A DNA stretch of 64,000 nt from an uncultured Planctomycetaceae bacterium (GCA_963813715.1 CAWFAK010000005.1:832001-896000), one strand, 5' to 3'; numbered from the stretch's first letter, positions 1 to 10,531 are shown. Translations and numbers: made by a program. Notes: generated by a model from the letters alone, not told the origin.

Positions 1-285
1 CCTGTGGACGTCGCCCTTGGACGGCCAATGTCGCGATCCGGGCAGACTTTGTCGAAAAACCGGCCGTGGTGCCGGTTGCGACGTCCTCAGCCGCCGCCGT
101 TTCAGCCAATTTGGCGAGTCCGAGGGCTGTTTGGAGTCGCCCTAGATGTTAGAGTAGATCGTGCGGGCCGCGTGCTTTGGGGTTGGGGGTCGTACGCGCC
201 GCTTGGTCCGACGTTAGGCAAAAGCATCGGACAACCGGGGCACCGGCCGCAAGGAAACAGGGTTCAGGAGCGGGGATCGACGTCG

Positions 286-1332
286 ATGCGGATTCGAGGA
301 GCATGGTTGCCGGCGTTGGCCGGTTTGCTGGTGACGTTGGCGAGCGTCGACCGGGTTGCCGCAGACCCCCCCAACGGAGCTGCCGCCGGAGCCGACTCGG
401 GCAAATTCGTTAAGTTGTATAACGGCAAGGATCTCTCGGGCTGGGACATCCACCACGGCAACATTGGGGCCTGGAAGGCCAACGGCGAACTGATCAGTTG
501 CGTGGGCGCGGGCGGCGGCTGGCTGCGGACGGACAAGTACTTCAGCGATTTCGTCCTCAAGCTCGACTGGCGAATTCCCAAGGACGGCAACAGCGGCGTC
601 GGCCTGCGGTTTCCCCCGAACGGCGACCCGGCCCACGAGGGTATGGAAATCCAAATCCTCGACGACAACGCCGAGGTCTACAGAAACATGAAACTCGTCC
701 CCGCCCAGCACACGGGGGGCATCTATTACCAGGCGCCGGCCAAGCAGGGTGTCGCCAAGCCCGCCGGCGAATGGAACCACTACGAAATCACCTGCCTGGG
801 CCCGCACGTCATCGTCAAGCTCAACGGTCAGGCCGTGACCGACGTGATGGTCGACCAATTCACAACCGGCGCCGGCGGCCACAAGGCCCTGTCCGAGCGG
901 CCGCAGGTCGGATACATCGGCCTACAGAGCCACGCCTCGGGCGGCACGACCTTCGAGCCGATTGACTTTCGCAACATCGAGCTGAAGGATTTGACAACCG
1001 CCCTGCCGTCCGGACTGCATTACGTCGACCTGGTCGAGGGGACGGGCCCGGTGGTGCCGGTCGGTGCCACCATCCAGGCTCACTACACCGGTTGGCTAAC
1101 CGACGGGACGAAGTTCGACAGCAGCCGCGATCGCGGCAAGCCGCTGATGCTGCCCTTGTCGCGGGTCATTCCGGGCTGGCAGGCGGGGATTCCGGGAATG
1201 AAGGTTGGAGGCCGGCGAAAACTGATCATTCCGCCCGAGCTCGGTTATGGAACGCGGGGCGCGGGGCGGTTGATTCCGCCGAACTCGATGCTGGTATTCG
1301 ACGTTGAAGTTTTGAGCCTGGTTCCACAATAG
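286..1332 (+). CDS. Secreted DUF1080 (3-keto-disaccharide hydrolase-like) domain fused to an FKBP-type peptidyl-prolyl isomerase
   Basis: Signal peptide MRIRGAWLPALAGLLV; DUF1080 motifs LYNGKDLSGW, GNSGV, EIQILDD, GEWNHYEI, IGLQSH, FRNI; FKBP motifs HYTGWLTDGTKFDSS, VIPGW, GMKVGGRRKLIIPPELGYG. Confidence 0.9.
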   Translation: MRIRGAWLPALAGLLVTLASVDRVAADPPNGAAAGADSGKFVKLYNGKDLSGWDIHHGNIGAWKANGELISCVGAGGGWLRTDKYFSDFVLKLDWRIPKDGNSGVGLRFPPNGDPAHEGMEIQILDDNAEVYRNMKLVPAQHTGGIYYQAPAKQGVAKPAGEWNHYEITCLGPHVIVKLNGQAVTDVMVDQFTTGAGGHKALSERPQVGYIGLQSHASGGTTFEPIDFRNIELKDLTTALPSGLHYVDLVEGTGPVVPVGATIQAHYTGWLTDGTKFDSSRDRGKPLMLPLSRVIPGWQAGIPGMKVGGRRKLIIPPELGYGTRGAGRLIPPNSMLVFDVEVLSLVPQ

Positions 1333-1421
1333 ATCCAGCAGAGCGCATTCGTTCGACACAAGGAAATCATCAACCCAGAGGCAGGGAGTCAGCCCGTTTT
1401 GAATCGGGGTCGAGGCCGAAC

Positions 1422-3155
1422 ATGTCGGTGTCCATTATTGCTTGTCCGTCCTGCAAATCTCTCGTCCTTCCGGACACGGCTCAGTGTCCGAATTGCGGCT
1501 TTGTGTTCGATGAAAAGCGGGCCGCCATCGAGCCGCCCACCCATGAACCCGTCGAAGCTCCGGAAGAGGAAATCCCTTGTCCCGGCTGTAACGAGCTGGT
1601 GAAGAAGGGGCTCGTCCGCTGCTGGAACTGCGGCACTTTCATGCAGCCGCACATCGCCGAGAGCTACAAGAAGATGCAGGTTTCGCCGCCCAAGGTGATC
1701 TATAGCCAGATCGACCAGGGGCACGAAGGGAGCAATTTCGGCGGCACGGTCAGCGATTCGGGGCGGCTCGTCGACAACGCGCATCCCCCCGAGGGACCAC
1801 CGGCCGACGCCGACGAGGACTTCGAGATCAACGACGGCGGAATGTCCGAAGATCCGAACGAGGAAGATTTCGACCTGGGCACCGCCGAACCGCCAGCCAC
1901 TCCCAACGAAATCGTGCAGTCGGCCCCGATCTTTGCTGAAAAGAAAGTCGAAGCGCCCAAGGCAGAAGTCAAAAAGGCCGAAAAGAAGTCGGCCCTCGGC
2001 GGGTTCGCGGACGACATGAACGCCGACGACGCGGTTCCTGGCGAAGGTTTGCTCCGCGTGGCCCTGGCCGAAGAGGCGGAAACCGGCAGTCGCAAACGCC
2101 TGCAAAAAGTGACCGACGAGCCCAAAAAATCGGGCTTCCAAGTCTTCTGCCCCAACGGGCATTGCATCGTAGTGCAGGAACGGCACCGTGGCCGCACCGG
2201 TCGCTGCCCCCGCTGCCGCGAGGTTTACGTCGTCCCCGCAGGAACTTGGGACGAAGAAAAGGCCCTGCAGGATGACGAGGCCAAAAAATCGGCCGCCATC
2301 ACAGCGGCCGTCAATGCCGACGATGCCAAGGGCGAAGATCAGCTCACGGAAATCTCGGCGGGAGAATACACCCGCTGGATGCTCGACAGCCACTTCCACG
2401 CCGTCGACCTCACCAAGCTCAAACTCAAGGCGGGCAGCCTGCTCAAGGACTTCCAGGACGCCGACATTGCCTTCGCTCCCGATGGGATGCTCGTCGTGCT
2501 GCTGGCAAAGAAGGGTGGACTCCTGGGCGGCGGCGGCGAGAAGAAAAAGCTCGCCACCCGCGACGCCGTCGTGCAGCACCTGAGCGAGGGGAAGGCCCGC
2601 CAGGATTTGCCCAGCGGCGCGAAATACTTCTTCCCGGCAGCCCAGGTCATGCAGCTGCGGATCGTGCAGCCGATCCCGTCGGCTGAGCAGTCGATGTTTG
2701 CCGGCGTCCCTGTGTTCGGCGAGGGCCGCATCGCCCTGCGACTGCCCAAGGTCGACGAGAGCCCCAATCCGCAGTTCCTGTCGTTCACGCTGTCGGAATT
2801 CCGACGGTTCGCCAAGATCCTTGGCGAATTCTACGGAGTGCCCGCGATCGGTGCCGATTGCGGCATTCCGCTCGAAGACGTCTTCAGCGAGCGGTTCTGC
2901 CACATCAGCAACCAGCCGATGAAGATCCTGGAGCACGTCGAGTTCTACAAGGACGATCCGGGATTCAAGCTCAAAGTCATCGGCTACAAGTGCGCCGGCT
3001 GCGGCCTTGTCATCAGCGAAGAATCGCGCGAGAAAGAAAAGCTCGGCGGCAAGGATGGCAAAAAGATCGCCAAGGCGCCCTGCCCGAAGTGCAAAAAGCC
3101 GTTCGGCAGCCTGCCGCAATATGCCTTCAACGTTCCCGGGGCCGTGGCGAAATAG
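1422..3155 (+). CDS. Multi zinc-ribbon protein of unknown function
   Basis: 577-aa ORF with CPSC/CPNC, CPGC/CWNC, CPNGH/CPRC, CAGC/CPKC pairs and an acidic linker. Confidence 0.8.
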   Translation: MSVSIIACPSCKSLVLPDTAQCPNCGFVFDEKRAAIEPPTHEPVEAPEEEIPCPGCNELVKKGLVRCWNCGTFMQPHIAESYKKMQVSPPKVIYSQIDQGHEGSNFGGTVSDSGRLVDNAHPPEGPPADADEDFEINDGGMSEDPNEEDFDLGTAEPPATPNEIVQSAPIFAEKKVEAPKAEVKKAEKKSALGGFADDMNADDAVPGEGLLRVALAEEAETGSRKRLQKVTDEPKKSGFQVFCPNGHCIVVQERHRGRTGRCPRCREVYVVPAGTWDEEKALQDDEAKKSAAITAAVNADDAKGEDQLTEISAGEYTRWMLDSHFHAVDLTKLKLKAGSLLKDFQDADIAFAPDGMLVVLLAKKGGLLGGGGEKKKLATRDAVVQHLSEGKARQDLPSGAKYFFPAAQVMQLRIVQPIPSAEQSMFAGVPVFGEGRIALRLPKVDESPNPQFLSFTLSEFRRFAKILGEFYGVPAIGADCGIPLEDVFSERFCHISNQPMKILEHVEFYKDDPGFKLKVIGYKCAGCGLVISEESREKEKLGGKDGKKIAKAPCPKCKKPFGSLPQYAFNVPGAVAK

Positions 3156-3160
3156 GCCGC

Positions 3161-3251
3161 GAAGCGCGCAAATGACTCAGCCCAATGAAAAGGAAAACCA
3201 GTTCGTGCTCAGGTCATTTGGTCATTCCTTCGGCATTCGTGCTTCCTCATT
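3161..3251. repeat. AATGAC/GTCATT-type dispersed inverted repeat element (copy 1)
   Basis: 3214-3244 is 28/31 identical to 51111-51141; loose inverted arm from 3161; overlaps the stop codon at 3247-3249. Confidence 0.7.
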
Positions 3252-4527
3252 CTGCTCCAAGTTCATGCACCAGCACGCGCAAGAACGGCTCCACGTCGGT
3301 GACTAGCCCGATCGTCTGAAACGTCCCGCGGTCGGTCAGCTTGGTGACCGTCGCCGGGTTGATGTCGACGCAGACGACTTTCACCCGGGCCGGCAAGAGA
3401 TTGCCGACGGCGATCGAGTGCAGCGTCGTGGCGATCATCAGCGCCAGCGTCACTCCTTCACATTCCTGGCGCATCCGCCGCTGGGCCTCGAGCACGTCGG
3501 TGATCACTTCCGGGAGCGGGCCATCGTCGCGGATGCTGCCGGCCAGCACGAAGGGGACGTTGTTGCGCACGCACTCGTACATGATGCCGCTGGTGAGCAC
3601 TTCCTGCTCGACGGCCCGGCGAATGCCCCCCAGCCGTCGCATGCGATTGATCGAGCGCAAATGATGTTCGTGCCCCTCTTCGATCGAGCGGCCGTGAGTC
3701 ATCGAAATGCCCAGGCTCGTGCCAAAGAGCGATTGCTCGATGTCGTGGGTGGCGAGCGCATTTCCCGCAAACAGCACGTTGACGAAACCGTGCCGGATGA
3801 GATGGCTCATGTAGTCGCGGCTGCCCGTATGCACGACGGCGGGGCCGGCGACCACCAGAATCTTTCCCGTGCCGCCGCGGGCGGCGCGCATGGCGGCCGC
3901 CACGTCCCGGACGGTAATTCCCTTGGGCTTTTCGCTCGACACGTTGCTGTTCATGAAGCCGAAGGCGTCGTGCCCCGACGTGTCCCGCTCGGTCGGATGC
4001 ACGCGCGTGCCGGCGCGTCCAACGACAATCATGTCGCCGTGCCGCACGTCGATCATCGGCACGCATTCGGCCCGCAACTGGACCGGATCGACCCGCACGC
4101 CGCAGTCCATTTCCTGCTTTTGCACGCGGACCCAATTTCCCTTGAGGCGAATTTGCGTGTCCTGATTGGTCGTCGAATAGAAGCCTTCGGGAAAAGCGCC
4201 GTCCATATCGGCGGGCAGCAGGCGACAGTCCTGCTGGTTGAGCGGGACGGCTCCGTGTCGGCCGACGGCGGACAGCAGCCGCTCCAAGTGCTCGGGCGTA
4301 CCGCCGATCACGCGCAGCTGGGCGTAGCTCGGATCGTTGCGCCGCTGGCCGACGCGGATCTCGCGGATCTCGAACTGTCCGCCCAGTGCCATGATCTCGT
4401 CGAGGACCTTGGGCAGGATCAGACTGTCGATGATGTGCCCGACAATCTCCACGTCTTCCACGAACGTGGTTTGACCGGGAGCCACCGTCGTTCGTTCGTT
4501 GGGCGCGGTGGTCGCTGAAGTGTCCAT
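3247..4527 (-). CDS. TIGR00300 family protein (LOR/SDH-domain, ornithine cyclodeaminase-like)
   Basis: GHIIDSLILPKVLD, DGAFPEGFYSTTN, QEMDC, FMNSNVSSEKP, GNALATHDIE, LAGSIRDDGPLP, CVDINP. Confidence 0.9.
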   Translation of the reverse strand: MDTSATTAPNERTTVAPGQTTFVEDVEIVGHIIDSLILPKVLDEIMALGGQFEIREIRVGQRRNDPSYAQLRVIGGTPEHLERLLSAVGRHGAVPLNQQDCRLLPADMDGAFPEGFYSTTNQDTQIRLKGNWVRVQKQEMDCGVRVDPVQLRAECVPMIDVRHGDMIVVGRAGTRVHPTERDTSGHDAFGFMNSNVSSEKPKGITVRDVAAAMRAARGGTGKILVVAGPAVVHTGSRDYMSHLIRHGFVNVLFAGNALATHDIEQSLFGTSLGISMTHGRSIEEGHEHHLRSINRMRRLGGIRRAVEQEVLTSGIMYECVRNNVPFVLAGSIRDDGPLPEVITDVLEAQRRMRQECEGVTLALMIATTLHSIAVGNLLPARVKVVCVDINPATVTKLTDRGTFQTIGLVTDVEPFLRVLVHELGAE

Positions 4528-4837
4528 CGGTCCATTCCCTATCACCGACAGAATTGAAAAGGCGTCGTGTGCGGCCGGGAGGCGAGTCGGGCGAAATTCT
4601 ATTCGCGGCCCGCGCCACCATCAATGGCGATCGCGAGTGCCGCGTGAGGCACGACCTTTCCCCCTGGCGAGTTTCGTCGCGTCCGAGTTTCTTCCGCGCG
4701 ACTTTGCGGATGCCGCCGCTCGTCGTGCCCGCCACCCGCGGAAACGCGTTGTTTTCCCAGCAGACGCCGGTCTATGATAACGCTGCCACGAGGATTCGGA
4801 ACCACCCTGGTTTGCGGCATAACAGACATTTTGGCGA

Positions 4838-5866
4838 ATGATCAATCTCGGCATTGTCGGTCTTGGTCCCGTTTGGGAAAGCCGATACCGGCCGGTGCTG
4901 GATAAGCTGCAGCATCGGGTGCGGATCCGTGCCGTATTTGATCCAGTCGCCAGCCGCTGCGACGAAGTGGCCGCCACGTTGCGGGCCGCTCCCTATCAGG
5001 GAGTGCTCGCCCTGCTGACCCATGCCGACGTGCGCGGCATCCTGCTCCTGGATTCGTCGTGGTACGGCAACGCTCTCATCCACTTCCTGGGCCAGATGCG
5101 AAAGCCCGTCTATGTGGCCGGCAGTCTGGGCGAAGACCCGGACGAGTTGGCCCGGCTGCGAAGCCTCGTCGAATCTGAGGGACTGCTCGTCATGCCCGAA
5201 TTCAGCCGCCGCTTCACGCCGGCCACGTGCCGGCTGCACGAGCTGATCGCCACGCGGATAGGACGGCCCAGGCACATTGCCATCGACGCGATTCATCCGG
5301 CCCCGAATTCGACGGAAGCGATCCCCGGGCAAAAAGCGGGGACCGACTTTATGGTGGGTCTTTTGGACTGGTGCCGCTACGTTGTCCGGCAAACGACGAT
5401 CCGGCTCGAAGCTTACCCGCTAGACCCCGCCCTACCTCCCGACAAGCCCCACCATCGGGTGGCGATTGAATTCGGGGACAGCCGCGAGCATGGGGCTGTG
5501 CGTTCGACGGCCGAGCTGCGGGTTCGCCACCACGAAGCCCCGCCCGACCCGGCCACCTCGGATCCCTCCGCCTCGAATCCATCCCCTGTCTCTTTTACGA
5601 TTCTCTGCGAAAAGGGAGAGGCGATGATCGACGGGCCGGCCCAAATCCGCTGGAGACTGACGGGCGGGGAGATCGAGACCGAGTCGCTGATCGCCGACCG
5701 GTCCGAGGTGGAAGTCATGATCGACCACTTCTGCCGCCGCTTGGTGGGCGGCCTGATCCCTGTCGCCGACATCTCTGACGTCTGCCGCTGCCTGCGGCTG
5801 GTCCACGCCACGCAGCGAAGCCTGGCGACCGCCGCACCCATCCCGCTCAACGGCGACTTCGCCTGA
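4838..5866 (+). CDS. Gfo/Idh/MocA family oxidoreductase-like protein
   Basis: N-terminal Rossmann-like INLGIVGLG, RFTPA; EKP motif degenerate (RKP). Confidence 0.75.
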   Translation: MINLGIVGLGPVWESRYRPVLDKLQHRVRIRAVFDPVASRCDEVAATLRAAPYQGVLALLTHADVRGILLLDSSWYGNALIHFLGQMRKPVYVAGSLGEDPDELARLRSLVESEGLLVMPEFSRRFTPATCRLHELIATRIGRPRHIAIDAIHPAPNSTEAIPGQKAGTDFMVGLLDWCRYVVRQTTIRLEAYPLDPALPPDKPHHRVAIEFGDSREHGAVRSTAELRVRHHEAPPDPATSDPSASNPSPVSFTILCEKGEAMIDGPAQIRWRLTGGEIETESLIADRSEVEVMIDHFCRRLVGGLIPVADISDVCRCLRLVHATQRSLATAAPIPLNGDFA

Positions 5867-6217
5867 TTGCCCCTTGCCAGAGAACGTTCTCGGGCGCCCA
5901 GGGCGACGGTGCGGCGGGAACGTGGAGTGGCAATTTGGACTGGCCACATAAGATGGCCCTAAGCGTCGATCCCATCCCAACTGGCCATTGCCAGAGTTCA
6001 GGCGGAAGTCTCGCACGGCGATTGAGTTATGGCGACGGACTCCCCCAAGGTGCGTCCTGCGCGAATTTTACCTACACGGGATGGCCCGATCTTCCGGGGA
6101 TTTATGCGATTTAAGTGTGCGAACTGCAAAGACATTGAGTGCGTCGCGCGGTAAGATGGAGGTTCCGAAAACCGGGCCAGGGTGGGCGGGTTTTCCCCAA
6201 CAATCGGAGCCTCTGAA

Positions 6218-6532
6218 ATGACGAGCAACAGCCGCCCCCTGCCTTTAATGCAAAGCCCTCCAGCGGTCGCCCGACCGATCTGCCCGGTTTGCGGCACCAC
6301 GAGCTATTCCCGCCGCGGAATTCACCCCCAGTGTGCCCAGCAGCAGGCGGACGGCCGCCGGATGAACAAGCTCAAGGCGGTGAAGCGGCAAACCGAATCG
6401 AAAGCCAAGACCAGCAACCCTTTGGCGCTGCGGCCGTGGCACAAGCGCTGCCCCAAATGCCGAGCGGAGCTTCACATCCGCAAGTCGACCTGCGATTGCG
6501 GTCACCGATTTCCCGCAATGCGTAACGGTTGA
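6218..6532 (+). CDS. Small basic zinc-finger protein
   Basis: CPVC..HPQC and CPKC..CDCGH motifs. Confidence 0.65.
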   Translation: MTSNSRPLPLMQSPPAVARPICPVCGTTSYSRRGIHPQCAQQQADGRRMNKLKAVKRQTESKAKTSNPLALRPWHKRCPKCRAELHIRKSTCDCGHRFPAMRNG

Positions 6533-6703
6533 TTGCCGCCGATCTTTTTCGCGACAGACCCGAAAGTTCGCCACAGGCCGGCCGGTTCACACCGAGCCGG
6601 CCTATTCGCTCCAGGGAGGCCGCTACTGACCCATGGACTGGCGGACCACTGGCTGGTCGTCCGACGCGCGCACGCCTCCCGGCCTAAGGGCGCACCGCGA
6701 TCG

Positions 6704-6747
6704 AACCCGGCTCGGCGCGCACTGTGAGCGCAGCCCGGGTTTTTTTT
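6704..6747. terminator. Intrinsic terminator-like hairpin between convergent genes
   Basis: AACCCGG...CCGGGTT stem followed by a T8 tract on +. Confidence 0.55.
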
Positions 6748-6770
6748 CGCAGGTCCGGGGGAGAGAACGC

Positions 6771-7094
6771 TTAGTAGCGTCCGCGTCCGCCGCCGTAGCC
6801 GCCCCGGTCACGACCGCCGCCGCCGCCACCCCCGCCACCGCGGTCTTCGCGCGGCCGGGCCTCGTTGACCTTCAGTACGCGGCCCCCGATCTCTTTGCCG
6901 TCCAGCGCGGAGATCGCGGCCTGCGCTTCTTGGTCACTCGACATCTCGACGAACGCGAAGCCTTTCGACCGCCCTGTTTCCCGATCCATGATGACCTGGG
7001 CCGAAACGACCGTACCATGCTCTTCGAAAATCCTGCGCAACTCGTCCTCGTTCGCGCTGTACGAAAGATTGCCGACGTACATCTTCTTGGCCAC
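6771..7094 (-). CDS. RRM RNA-binding protein with Gly/Arg-rich tail
   Basis: RNP2 MYVGNL, RNP1 KGFAFVEM, VNEARPRE, GGG tail; GGGAGG RBS before GTG. Confidence 0.95.
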   Translation of the reverse strand: MAKKMYVGNLSYSANEDELRRIFEEHGTVVSAQVIMDRETGRSKGFAFVEMSSDQEAQAAISALDGKEIGGRVLKVNEARPREDRGGGGGGGGGRDRGGYGGGRGRY

Positions 7095-7262
7095 GCTGGG
7101 CGCCTCCCTTTTGAATCACGCAACACTAGCTCGACCCAACGCGGGTGTCTGCCGTGCATGAATCGGACTGATGCCTTGCACGGACGATAAATGGACGGGG
7201 CGACAACCGCAAGCGTACGCCCCCTTGCGGGCGATTTTCGCCGGCCGCCTGTGAAGTCCCGT

Positions 7263-8492
7263 TCACGATCGCTGGAAATGAAGCCGCAGTAGATTCAACG
7301 CAATCTTGCCCGCGCGGCTGCGGTTGAGGGCCGCATCGCCCAGAAACGTGTAATCGACCACCCGCGACACGTTCGGACCAACCAGCGCGACTTCGGACGT
7401 GGGGGAAGCCTCGGCCGCATTGTCCGGATCGAAGTGCGGGAAGGCGCCGACGAAGAGGGCAAAGTCGGCTCCGAATCGCTCTCGGCAGCTTTCGAGCGCC
7501 GCCACAATCGTCGTTTGCTTGTTTGCACCGACTGACGAGCCGACCGTGTGGACCAGCGCTTCCAGCGAGACGGCGACGATTCCGCCCCGATAGACGCGCT
7601 CGTAATCGGGCACCTCGGTGATCCGCCGCGCGAGCAATCCGCCCGTACCGATTTCCACCGTCGCCATCGTGCTGCCCAGATTTGCCAACAGCCTCGCGAC
7701 GACGTGCTGCAGTTCTTCGTCTTCCTCGCCGAAGACGAGGTCGCCCATCCGCTCGCGAATGGCGCTCTTTGCCGCGGCGATCTTCGAGTCGCAGGTTTCG
7801 GCAGTGTCGCCGTGCGCCACGATCCGCAACGTAATCGTGGCTTCGTGCACGGTGATGCCGATTTCGGGGTCGCGGCCGCGGGCCGTGAGGTCGCCGAGCA
7901 TTTCTTCCGCCTGCGATTCGCCGACGCCGAAACAATTGAGTCGCGCCCGCCGAATGACGCGGTTGCCCGCGGGCAGACGGGGGACGACCTCCTTGGCAAA
8001 CATTCGTTTCATTTCACTGGGCACGCCCGGCAACGCGGCGAACAAACAGGTGCCCCCGGCCGCCCGCGGGATGTTGGCCCAAATGCCGGGAGCCGTTCCC
8101 CGCAGATTGGGAATGGGCTCGGTGCCGCGGGGAAAATGGGCCTGGACGACGTTGCGCTCAGGCATCTCCCGCTTGAATCGTTGAAACAGTCCGCGAATAA
8201 ACTCCAGCGAAGCCGGATCGAGCACCAGCTCGACCCCCAGCACGTCCGCGAGTGCCTGACGCGTGAGGTCGTCGAGCGTGGGTCCGAGGCCGCCCGTCAG
8301 GATGATGACCTCGCAACGGTCCGCCGCCGTGCGAATCACGCCGACGAGCGCGGCCAGGTCGTCGGCCACGGTCGTGTGAAAAGAGACGGAGATGCCGATG
8401 GCGGCCAACTCGAGGCTGAGCCATTGGCTGTTGGTGTCGAGCGAAGCGCCGGTGGTGATTTCCGTGCCGACGGAGATGATCTCGGCGTGCAT
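7263..8492 (-). CDS. cinA: CinA family protein (molybdopterin-binding-like domain + degenerate NMN deamidase domain)
   Basis: AEIISVGTEI, DTNSQWL, TGGLGPTLDDLT, LPGVPSEM, GVGES, EIGTGGL. Confidence 0.9.
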   Translation of the reverse strand: MHAEIISVGTEITTGASLDTNSQWLSLELAAIGISVSFHTTVADDLAALVGVIRTAADRCEVIILTGGLGPTLDDLTRQALADVLGVELVLDPASLEFIRGLFQRFKREMPERNVVQAHFPRGTEPIPNLRGTAPGIWANIPRAAGGTCLFAALPGVPSEMKRMFAKEVVPRLPAGNRVIRRARLNCFGVGESQAEEMLGDLTARGRDPEIGITVHEATITLRIVAHGDTAETCDSKIAAAKSAIRERMGDLVFGEEDEELQHVVARLLANLGSTMATVEIGTGGLLARRITEVPDYERVYRGGIVAVSLEALVHTVGSSVGANKQTTIVAALESCRERFGADFALFVGAFPHFDPDNAAEASPTSEVALVGPNVSRVVDYTFLGDAALNRSRAGKIALNLLRLHFQRS

Positions 8493-8538
8493 TCCGATCG
8501 CCTCGAAATGGGTTTGCGCGGATGTGGGACGCGCCGGC

Positions 8539-9645
8539 TCAAGTCGGTAGGACGGGCTGCCGGGCCAATTCGCGGGCCAAAACCTCACGATACAGCCCGG
8601 CAACTTCGGTCACCATCCGCGCGGCGGTGAATTCCTCGCAGACGAGCTGCCGCCCCATTTCGCCCAAGGCTCGCGCCGGCACCGGATCGTCGAGCAACTG
8701 CTGCATCGCGGCGGCCAGCTTGGCGCTATCCGATGGCGGCACGATAAGGCCGATCTGCGGGCTGCGGATGACGCTGTAGACTCCGCCGACGCCGCTCGCA
8801 ATCACCGGCCGCCCAAACGCCATCGCCTCGAGCATGATGCTGCCCAGTCCCTGCCGTAGCGAGGGAAGGCAGAAGATGTCCATTGCGGAGAGGGCCGAGG
8901 CAAAGTCGTAGCCGCTGGAAATGAACGTCACATGCTTGGCCAGGCCCAGCTCTCGTGCCAGCCGCCGGAGGTTTTGTTCTTCGGGCCCGGAGCCGGCGAT
9001 GAGGAACTCGGTGTCGGGCCGATCGGCCACCACGCGCTGGGCGGCGCCGAGGAAATAGACGTGCCCTTTCACTGGCTCGAGCGGTCCGGCCGTCCCGATG
9101 ACCGGCAGGCGGTCCGGCGAAAGGATCGGCGGAGTGCCGGCGGGCATCGTCACGTCGACACCGGCGTGAATCACCGTAATCATCCCGGGATCGAAGCCCG
9201 CGCGGCTCAACAGCTCCGCGCGGACACTTTGACTGACCGCGATGATCCGCCGTCCCCACCGCACATCGAACGCGCTCTCCCGCTCGATCGACTCGTGGTC
9301 GTAGGCGGTGAGCACGAACGGCCGCTTCAGGCGCCGTGCAAGCGCGGCTCCGACCGGATACGCGGACCACGACTGGATGTGAATCAGGTCGGGTGGATCG
9401 TGGGCCAACTCGCGTGCCAGCGCTTCCCGCACGACGCCGCCCCACACCGGCACGCCCAATCGCGGATAAACCGAAAGCGAGAGCCGCCGCCGGCGGTTCG
9501 GGCAAATGCACTTGGCGTTGGGCGTGAGAAGCCGCGCGTCGACCCCTTCGGCGGCGAGTCCTTCGGCGAGTCGCAAGGTGGAGGCGCAGTAGCCGCGCAC
9601 CTGGAAGGCCCCGGCGACGAGCAGCACCTTCAATGGCTCATCCAT
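8539..9645 (-). CDS. Glycosyltransferase family 4
   Basis: IIAVSQSV, KGH, IFCLPSLRQGLGSIMLEAMAFGRPVIAS. Confidence 0.9.
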   Translation of the reverse strand: MDEPLKVLLVAGAFQVRGYCASTLRLAEGLAAEGVDARLLTPNAKCICPNRRRRLSLSVYPRLGVPVWGGVVREALARELAHDPPDLIHIQSWSAYPVGAALARRLKRPFVLTAYDHESIERESAFDVRWGRRIIAVSQSVRAELLSRAGFDPGMITVIHAGVDVTMPAGTPPILSPDRLPVIGTAGPLEPVKGHVYFLGAAQRVVADRPDTEFLIAGSGPEEQNLRRLARELGLAKHVTFISSGYDFASALSAMDIFCLPSLRQGLGSIMLEAMAFGRPVIASGVGGVYSVIRSPQIGLIVPPSDSAKLAAAMQQLLDDPVPARALGEMGRQLVCEEFTAARMVTEVAGLYREVLARELARQPVLPT

Positions 9646-9702
9646 GAGAGTGGCCTGACTTGGCGCGTCGAACGCTGGCGTCCGCAGCCGAGGAGGCCGG
9701 CT

Positions 9703-10492
9703 CTAGCGCCGGCGTCTGAGCCCCTTGGGCGGTCCCAGGATTTCGTTGATCACGATGGCCGTCCGCACGTTGCGCCGATTGCGCAGGAGCGGCACGATCA
9801 GATTGGCTCCGGCGGAGGTCGGAGTTTGTGCCAGCTCCGCGACGCCCCCGGCGTTCCGCTCGCCCAGGTGCTGGCGCACCGCGCGATCCACCGAGTTGCC
9901 CAGATCACTCTGCGTCTGCGTGGTCATCCGCGACGCGTCAAGATACTGGGCGACGTGCGTGCGGATTTGTTTGCCCAGATTCTCCGAGCCGGGGGCTCTG
10001 CGAGCGGCAATTTCTTCCCCGGGCCGCGCCGAAGCCGGGAGCGATGACGACGGTTTTCGGCGGCTCGGGCCTGTTGCGGTCGCTGGTTCCGACCGGTCGC
10101 AGCACGACCGGTTTGCGCGTCGGCTCGAGCTTGGGGGTTGGAGGCGTTTTTGGGATCCCCGGCTCGCCCGTGCTGCGATCGACGACGGGGCGCCCTAGCC
10201 GCTCGCCGGCCGCCCGTCGCTTGCCGACCTCCTCGAGGAACGCCTCGATTTCGTTGCGGAACGGGTTGTCTTTCTTGGGAGTTGCTGGAGCCTGCGGCGA
10301 CGTCGGCGTCTTGGGTGGGTTGTTGGCCCGGATTGCCTTTTCGCGGGCCTCGGCGATGCGGCGGAGGATCGACAGCAACAGCGTCGCCGCCACGAAAATG
10401 AGGATCTTGACGCCCAACAGAAAGTTTCCGTTTGGCCCCGCGGGTCCGTTCGGGCCCGCGGCCAACAGACTATTCGCATCGAAGACGGTCAT
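9703..10492 (-). CDS. Membrane-anchored hypothetical protein downstream of floA (frameshifted near 10015)
   Basis: N-terminal TM helix and Pro-rich region in one frame; C-terminal AIVINEILGPPKGLR in another. Confidence 0.65.
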
Positions 10493-10531
10493 CGGACGCT
10501 TCCCCTCGCGACGTAGACTCGCTGCCTGCCG

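Noticed and set aside
1389..3119. Long antisense and shadow ORFs here and throughout (e.g. 24371-26215, 45259-46737)
   Set aside because: Expected mirror frames of real genes in high-GC DNA; no motifs.
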